Assembly (NCBI GenBank): GCA_017936845.1
Contig: JAGBES010000018.1
Coordinates: 92-64,091, forward strand
Direction: 5' to 3'
DNA: 64,000 bases
Origin: Bacilli bacterium
GTDB lineage: Bacteria; Bacillota_I; Bacilli_A; RF39; UBA660
Shown: one piece after another, positions 37,483-43,225 of the stretch
Layout: the number at the start of each line of letters is the position of its first letter
How positions within the stretch are numbered: position 1 is the first letter of the stretch
The notes under the pieces: generated by a model
What the model saw: only the letters and a program-made list of their open reading frames with translations
What the model was told of the DNA's origin: nothing
Databases searched by the model: none
Position numbers and translations under genes: made by a program

Positions 37483-39058
37483 ATTTTTTTTCCTCGCTTA
37501 AAATATTCTTTTCTATCCAATCTTGCATTAAATATAAATATATTTGCCTTTTATCTACACAATGTGGGTCTTCTTTATACACAGTACCAAATTTTCCATA
37601 TGCTGAATAACAACATGAACAGCACATTCCTCTGAATAAACATTTACTACATTTCTTTATTTGCTTATAAGTTCTATTTTTTAATTTAATTACAGCTGGC
37701 TTATTTAACATTTGTTCAATTGTTTCATTTAAAACATTACCCATAATAAAGTCTTTTTCACCTTTAAAACCATCACATGGTATAACATCTCCATTTGGAT
37801 TTACTGAAACTAATTCTCTTGCTGCCCCACATGGGTACCTTAAACAAATATAATCTCTAATTGGTGTATAAACATTTTCCTCAAAAATATGAACAGAAAA
37901 ATTTTCTATATCATATTTATCTTTTATAGAATGCATTCCTTTAAAACAACTTGCCCACTCACCAGGTTTTGTAGTTAAATTACTTTCTTTTTCTCTTCCT
38001 AAAATATTTACTGGTCGTGGTTTAAAACTTATTTTCATTTTATCAAAATAATCCATTAATTGTTTAGGATAATGAACATTATGTTGCCCAATTGTACAAA
38101 CAGCACCATCAATAGTAAGTCCAGATTCTTTCAATTTTTTTATACCTTGTTCTATTTTTTCGGTAACACCTTTTCCATTGATATCCACTCTAGATTTATC
38201 AGTCATTTCTTTTGGCCCATCACTACTTATACCAATACTGACGTTATATTTTTTTAACAGTGAAATTAATTCATCATTTACTATAATACAGTTTATTTCA
38301 ATTCTATATTTAATTATTTTATTATATTTATCTTTTACATTTTCTACTTTTTCAATAAATTTTTTCATACCCAAAATATTTGTAGAAGCTTCCCCACCTT
38401 GAAATTCAAATGTAATCATTTCAACTTGTGGCATTGATAACATGCTATGAATAACTGCATCCATTACTTCTTCAGACATATTTTCACCTTTAAATGGGCC
38501 ACAATCAGCAAAACAATATTTACATCTTAAATTACATCCTGTTGTTATATTTACAACAATAACACTAGGATATTCAGCAGGAAGTGGAAAATCTAGCTCT
38601 AATTCTTTTTCATCAGATGATACAGCTAATCCCCTGATGAATAAAGAGATCCACTCATCATTTGTTAGTTTATCACATTGATATCTTTCAAATTCTTCAT
38701 CAGTTAACACAATCCAAGATCCAATATCTGGATTAATTAAAATATTAAATTTTTTCCCCTTTACATTTAATGAAAAAAATTTAACTTTATCTGATTTAGC
38801 ATATTTACAATTATCATCAACAAAAGATTCTTCTATAGTTATTTCACCAATATTTTTATCAATAGCTAATCCTCTAAGAAAAAGTCGCTCCCATTCAATT
38901 TCATTAAATTTTTCTTCTTCATATCTATTAAATTCATCTTTACTTAAAAATATTGATGTATTTAATTCTTTATTTTCTAGAATATAACCCTTATTTTCTT
39001 TTTTTACAACTACTTTCTGTGATTTAGTGTATTCTCTACTTAACCATGGCGTTCTCAT
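37457..39058 (-). CDS. Radical SAM enzyme with a C-terminal SPASM domain and a duplicated N-terminal domain (putative peptide maturase)
   Basis: CNLRCKYC (CX3CX2C) cluster motif and the FEFQGGEAS glycine-rich motif. C-terminal Cys cluster CSKCLFRGMCCSCCY...HC. Two roughly 75-aa N-terminal repeats end in LFLRGLAIDK and LFIRGLAVSS. Confidence 0.9.
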   Translation of the reverse strand: MRTPWLSREYTKSQKVVVKKENKGYILENKELNTSIFLSKDEFNRYEEEKFNEIEWERLFLRGLAIDKNIGEITIEESFVDDNCKYAKSDKVKFFSLNVKGKKFNILINPDIGSWIVLTDEEFERYQCDKLTNDEWISLFIRGLAVSSDEKELELDFPLPAEYPSVIVVNITTGCNLRCKYCFADCGPFKGENMSEEVMDAVIHSMLSMPQVEMITFEFQGGEASTNILGMKKFIEKVENVKDKYNKIIKYRIEINCIIVNDELISLLKKYNVSIGISSDGPKEMTDKSRVDINGKGVTEKIEQGIKKLKESGLTIDGAVCTIGQHNVHYPKQLMDYFDKMKISFKPRPVNILGREKESNLTTKPGEWASCFKGMHSIKDKYDIENFSVHIFEENVYTPIRDYICLRYPCGAARELVSVNPNGDVIPCDGFKGEKDFIMGNVLNETIEQMLNKPAVIKLKNRTYKQIKKCSKCLFRGMCCSCCYSAYGKFGTVYKEDPHCVDKRQIYLYLMQDWIEKNILSEEKKYDKQSVNC

Positions 39059-39100
39059 ACTTTACCTCCATAAAAATATACACAACATAGAGAGTAAAGA

Positions 39101-39271
39101 TTAATCTTTTTTTGCTTTTAAGTTACTTTGAACTCCGTAACCATGAGTATGTGTTCCACATCCATCATACCCTAGACCTATTTTTTCACCAAAACTTATT
39201 TTTATTTTATTTTTTGATATTTTTGTTTTTAAATTTCTAACAATATCATTTTTACATTCTAATTTTTTCAT
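39101..39271 (-). CDS. Putative precursor peptide (56 aa), below the ORF-track length cutoff
   Basis: GGAGGA Shine-Dalgarno sequence 7 nt before the ATG at 39271. Product is MKKLECKNDIVRNLKTKISKNKIKISFGEKIGLGYDGCGTHTHGYGVQSNLKAKKD. It ends 42 nt upstream of the radical SAM start, which has its own GGAGG. Confidence 0.65.
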   Translation of the reverse strand: MKKLECKNDIVRNLKTKISKNKIKISFGEKIGLGYDGCGTHTHGYGVQSNLKAKKD

Positions 39272-39367
39272 ATTAATCCTCCATTAAAATTATAATTATA
39301 TATAAACATAAGTTAAACCCCTATGTTGTGTTCAAAAATAGCTGATACCTTCCCTAAATTATTTACT

Positions 39368-39396
39368 ATAATAACAATTAAAAATAATTTTGTCAA
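39368..39396 (-). promoter_or_regulatory. Near-consensus sigma-A promoter of the peptide/radical SAM operon
   Basis: Minus strand reads TTGACA (39396..39391), a 17-nt spacer, then TATTAT (39373..39368). This is about 95 nt upstream of the peptide ATG. Confidence 0.5.
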
Positions 39397-39412
39397 TATT
39401 ATTTATAAAACA

Positions 39413-39967
39413 TTAAACTAACTTATTTATAACTTTTTCATAAACAGAATCATGCCTATCAATTTTAATTGCTTTCATTCCTGATGAAAGAGCTCCATTT
39501 ACATTATCAATATTATCATCTACAAATAGTATTTCTTCTATATTAGTTTTTGTTATATTTGATACTTCTTTATAGAAATCAATATTAGGTTTTATTTTGT
39601 TAATCTCTGCAGATATAATTATATTATCTACATTAAAATTATTTATTAAATACTCTCTAATATATGATACATGGTTAGTAGCAATTACTATTTTTATGTT
39701 TGGATATTTTTCTCTTAACTTATTAATCAATTTATCATCCTTAATTGTATATAACTTATTTATTATGTTTTTAGTAATATCAATTATTTCCTTATCAGTA
39801 AGATTTGAAATTTTTTTTGCTTGTTTAAGATATTCTAAATCACTTAAATTAGGACCAAAAAGTCTTTCTAATTTTTCTTCTATAGTTTCTAATTTTATAT
39901 TTTTTTCTCCTATTAATACTCCTACTAAATCAAATGCAATAACTTTTATCATATTTATCATCTCCAT
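39413..39967 (-). CDS. HAD superfamily hydrolase (subfamily IA-like)
   Basis: Motif I IAFDLVGVL, and motif III/IV ...KP...VDDNIDNV. Confidence 0.75.
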   Translation of the reverse strand: MEMINMIKVIAFDLVGVLIGEKNIKLETIEEKLERLFGPNLSDLEYLKQAKKISNLTDKEIIDITKNIINKLYTIKDDKLINKLREKYPNIKIVIATNHVSYIREYLINNFNVDNIIISAEINKIKPNIDFYKEVSNITKTNIEEILFVDDNIDNVNGALSSGMKAIKIDRHDSVYEKVINKLV

Positions 39968-40048
39968 TTTCTAAATATTATTTTCTTTTATTAATATAGC
40001 GTGTTAATAAAGATATTTTATAAATTTAACTTCATATTAATTATACTA

Positions 40049-40831
40049 TTAATCTTCTACTTCCACAAATACTTCTTTATGATCTGTTATATTATCTAAT
40101 ACTCTAATACCTTTATTAATTATCTTCCAAGTACTAGGTATAAATATATGATCTATTGCTGTTTTTGTTTTATATTTAGTATCATTTGTTTTATCATTTA
40201 CTTCTACTCTAGTAAGACCTAATAACTTTAATTCTTCTATAAAACTATTAAATATTTCTTTATTTACTTCCATATTAAAGTCTCCTGTTAAAATAGTGGG
40301 ATATTTTTTTATATTTTTATCTATTATTTTTTTTAATTTATTTAATTGTCTTTTTTGAAGACTTGGTATTTTAAAATCTAAATGTGTATTTATAGCACAT
40401 ATTCTATTTTTTTCTTTATCTTCTAATACTATTATTGTTACTATTCTTGGAAATATTTTTTTTAGTTTTATACCTTTAATTAATTCTTTTATATTAAATG
40501 GTATAAATGGTAATAATTTTGTTTTTTTATATTTTACTTTGTATTTTGTTACTATATTATTATTCTCATTATAATCTCTTATTATTTTTACATTATTGGA
40601 TATTATATTATTACCATATCTATATCCACCATAGAATTTATATTTTGTTAAATACTTTGTTATCTCTTTTTTAAATTTTCTTGTTAATTCTTGTGTACCT
40701 AATATATCAAATTTTTCTTTTTCTATATGATCAGCAATTATTTTTGCATTATTTTCTCCATCACCTCTTAATCCACCTTCTCTATTTGTTTTATTATTTC
40801 TAAGATTAAGTGTTCCTATTTTTATTTTCAT
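40049..40831 (-). CDS. Endonuclease/exonuclease/phosphatase (EEP) family protein, paralog B
   Basis: Same motifs as 32696..33490, and collinear with it along the full length. Roughly half the residues are identical by eye. Confidence 0.8.
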   Translation of the reverse strand: MKIKIGTLNLRNNKTNREGGLRGDGENNAKIIADHIEKEKFDILGTQELTRKFKKEITKYLTKYKFYGGYRYGNNIISNNVKIIRDYNENNNIVTKYKVKYKKTKLLPFIPFNIKELIKGIKLKKIFPRIVTIIVLEDKEKNRICAINTHLDFKIPSLQKRQLNKLKKIIDKNIKKYPTILTGDFNMEVNKEIFNSFIEELKLLGLTRVEVNDKTNDTKYKTKTAIDHIFIPSTWKIINKGIRVLDNITDHKEVFVEVED

Positions 40832-41075
40832 TATATCAGTCCTATCTTATGAAATACTCTTAACATTTCATTTGTTATTACTTTAGCTACTTCATGTTTT
40901 TTTATTATCTAATATTTTTCTATATCTTCTATCTTTATATATTTTAAACTAAATTTACCTATTAATTCTTTTGTATAACTAGCATTTTCTAAATTTATTT
41001 TTTGGGTACCTAATATAATTTTATCACACTTTTTATTTTAGTAATAAATAATATTTTGATAATTTTTAATTTCAT

Positions 41076-41099
41076 AAAAAAAGGAATATCATTATTCCC
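41076..41099 (-). terminator. Intrinsic terminator after the acidic Ig-like protein gene
   Basis: Minus strand reads GGAATA-atga-TATTCC followed by T7, immediately after the TAA at 41100..41102. Confidence 0.55.
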
Positions 41100-41648
41100 T
41101 TAAACAGTTTCACTTAATGTTATTTCTCCATCAGATACTGGTAGATTTTCATAATAAGCATCTGTAATACTTATTTCTCTTGCTGCTGCCATGTTATTTG
41201 CAATCTCTATAGTTAATGTATCACTACTTAATGATGTGTTTTGTAATGTATCATCAAATATGTGTTCTCCATCTGATGATGTTTGTTTATAGTATATTAG
41301 TGGTGCATTTTCTTCAGCATATGGAACATTATTAAATACAGCATTTCCATCTATATCTGAAGTTATAGCTTCTCCATAAGTAGTACCTTCAGCATCACAT
41401 CTATAAAATGTAGCTCCTTCTATTGGTATACCAATATCTGTTCCATCATCTGTTACATGTAATGTAAGTGTACCTGTAGCTGATACCACAAAACTATAAC
41501 TATCTACTCCTTCTGTAATTTCAACAGTGTCTGGTGTAATAGTTGAATTATCATATCCAGTTATATTAGCCACAACACTATAATTACCATCAGATAATTC
41601 TTTACTTCCTTTACCATTTGTAATAGGAATTATATGCTCTTTTGCCAT
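41100..41648 (-). CDS. Highly acidic Thr/Asp/Gly-rich protein with probable prealbumin/Cna-B-like beta-sandwich segments and no signal peptide
   Basis: ORF track. GATFYRCDAEGTTYGEAITSDIDGNAVFNNVPY resembles Cna-B/carboxypeptidase-regulatory-like folds. Its composition is very different from neighbouring proteins. Confidence 0.55.
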   Translation of the reverse strand: MAKEHIIPITNGKGSKELSDGNYSVVANITGYDNSTITPDTVEITEGVDSYSFVVSATGTLTLHVTDDGTDIGIPIEGATFYRCDAEGTTYGEAITSDIDGNAVFNNVPYAEENAPLIYYKQTSSDGEHIFDDTLQNTSLSSDTLTIEIANNMAAAREISITDAYYENLPVSDGEITLSETV

Positions 41649-41986
41649 AAAATTATTTCCCCTTTCTCTATTTTTAAACCTTTATAATTCTTATCAGTTA
41701 AAAATAAATTAATATATGGTCTTTTTATTATATTTTTCTCTAATTGAAATGATATTTTACAAGAACATAACGGATGAATTAAAATTTTCCTTTTTAAAAT
41801 ATTACAGTTTCTACTATTATTAGCTTTAATAATTATTTTATATAATTTGTAATTACATAATTTTATATTTATTTTATCTTTAGTTCTATTTTTATATATT
41901 AAGTTATTATTCATATCATAAATAACAATAGTATAATCACATTTATCAATACTATCTAAAAAAGTACAACATATACTTACATCCAT
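41630..41986 (-). CDS. Cys-containing hypothetical protein (118 aa) overlapping the downstream acidic protein gene
   Basis: ORF track. 19-nt overlap with 41100..41648. Eight Cys residues. Confidence 0.4.
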   Translation of the reverse strand: MDVSICCTFLDSIDKCDYTIVIYDMNNNLIYKNRTKDKINIKLCNYKLYKIIIKANNSRNCNILKRKILIHPLCSCKISFQLEKNIIKRPYINLFLTDKNYKGLKIEKGEIILWQKSI

Positions 41987-42151
41987 TTTATCACCTCAAT
42001 AATTCTAAATTATTATATGAAATTTATTTTTTTATGAATATGTAAATAAACTAAATATCTTTCTACAATATATATAAAAAAATTCAAGATTAAACTTTTT
42101 ATCTTGAACTTTAAAATTTGTTAAATTGTTAGAAAAAACTCATCTGTTCGC

Positions 42152-42180
42152 TTGTTTTTATATTATACTAATAGTATAAT
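42152..42180 (+). promoter_or_regulatory. Sigma-A-type promoter of the small hydrophobic peptide gene
   Basis: TTGTTT (42152..42157), a 17-nt spacer, then TATAAT (42175..42180). The predicted transcription start falls at the beginning of the left inverted-repeat arm. Confidence 0.45.
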
Positions 42181-42188
42181 TAAATAGA

Positions 42189-42413
42189 GGGAATACTAAC
42201 TGTTGAGTACTTGCCAACTTCTACAGGAAGGAGGCTTGATAATATGAAGAAAAAAGATTTATTAATCTCATTTCTAATATTAATTATCATTTTATTAATA
42301 GTCTCTTTAATGATTCTATGCGTAAAAAAATAGTACTCAATCTAGCAAAAGATTAAGTACTTAAACAATTAACTTTGGGTAAGTACTCAACGTGTGAAAG
42401 TTAAGTATTTCCC
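42189..42413. repeat. Imperfect inverted repeat enclosing the small peptide gene, plus internal AGTACT-containing repeats
   Basis: Left arm GGGAATACTAACTGTTGAGTACTTGCC (42189..42215). Right arm GGGTAAGTACTCAACGTGTGAAAGTTAAGTATTTCCC (42377..42413). The arms are mutually complementary with one internal bulge, and a T-run follows. Confidence 0.6.
42244..42333 (+). CDS. 29-aa hydrophobic membrane peptide (candidate type I toxin-like or regulatory peptide), not in the ORF track
   Basis: AGGAAGGAGG Shine-Dalgarno sequence about 9 nt upstream of the ATG. Product is MKKKDLLISFLILIIILLIVSLMILCVKK. Confidence 0.45.
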   Translation: MKKKDLLISFLILIIILLIVSLMILCVKK

Positions 42414-42513
42414 TTTTTTATTTTATGCAAGTTTATTTCCTTACATACTAATAATAACATAATAAAGAAATTTTGACAAGTTCTTTATACAAATATATTT
42501 AAAATTAAAAGAA

Positions 42514-43218
42514 CTATCCCCAAGGAATATCTTTAGGTTTAGTTCTTTTTTCATTTTTTATTTCTTCTACTATTTTTCCACTATTCATTTTTATTATTCT
42601 ATCACCTATTAAAGCAATACCTGGATTATGTGTAACGATAATCATTGTAGTTTTTAATTTATTATTTGCTTCTACTAGGGACTCTAATACTATTTTACCT
42701 GTTTTTTCATCTAAAGCTCCTGTTGGTTCATCACAGAACATTACAGATGGTTTTTTAGCAAGAGCTCTTGCGATTGATACTCTTTGTTGTTCTCCACCAG
42801 ATAATTCATGCATATATTTTTTCTTATGTTTAGAAAGACCAACTGTTTTTATTATTTCGTCTATATCTACTCTAGCTTTTCCTAAGGACGATCCTACTAA
42901 AACATTTTCATATACATTTAAGTGTTCTAGTAAATTATATGTTTGAAAAATAAATCCTAAATTTTTCTTTCTAAATCTTGTCATTTTCATATCACTATAT
43001 TTTGAAATATTCTTACCCTTATAGCATATTTTTCCTTTTGTTATTTTATCAAGTCCTGATACAACATTTAAAAGAGTCGTTTTTCCACTTCCACTAGGTC
43101 CTAATATTACAAGTATTTCTCCTTCTTTAATAGAAAGATTAATATTATTTAAAACAGTTGTTTTAATTTTACCAGTTTTATATACTTTATATACATTTTT
43201 TATTTCTATCAAATTCAT
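42514..43218 (-). CDS. ABC transporter ATP-binding protein (MacB/LolD-like)
   Basis: Walker A GPSGSGKTT, signature LSGGEQQR, and Walker B MFCDEPTGALD. Confidence 0.93.
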   Translation of the reverse strand: MNLIEIKNVYKVYKTGKIKTTVLNNINLSIKEGEILVILGPSGSGKTTLLNVVSGLDKITKGKICYKGKNISKYSDMKMTRFRKKNLGFIFQTYNLLEHLNVYENVLVGSSLGKARVDIDEIIKTVGLSKHKKKYMHELSGGEQQRVSIARALAKKPSVMFCDEPTGALDEKTGKIVLESLVEANNKLKTTMIIVTHNPGIALIGDRIIKMNSGKIVEEIKNEKRTKPKDIPWG

Positions 43219-43225
43219 ATTATAC

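Noticed and set aside
37457-39058. The radical SAM/SPASM protein as an anaerobic sulfatase-maturating enzyme or a SCIFF maturase.
   Set aside because: No sulfatase gene and no six-Cys SCIFF-type peptide is nearby. The adjacent peptide has a single Cys, and the enzyme has an atypical duplicated N-terminal extension. A profile search is still needed to exclude these families formally.
40831-41075. A possible decayed gene upstream of EEP paralog B. The minus strand reads ...GTQKINLENASYTKELIGKFSLKYIKIEDIEKY*IIKKHEVAKVITNEMLRVFHKIGLI, and its final TAA overlaps the EEP start (TAATG).
   Set aside because: It needs an in-frame TAG and at least one frameshift to connect to the ATG at 41075. No family could be recognised. 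It is plausibly a gene remnant but is not supportable from the sequence alone.
42083-42110. The hairpin TTCAAGAT-(10 nt)-ATCTTGAA in the gap upstream of the small peptide gene, considered as a possible riboswitch or terminator.
   Set aside because: It is an isolated 8-bp stem with a large AT loop and no clear T-tract on either strand. That is insufficient to call a terminator or a structured RNA.
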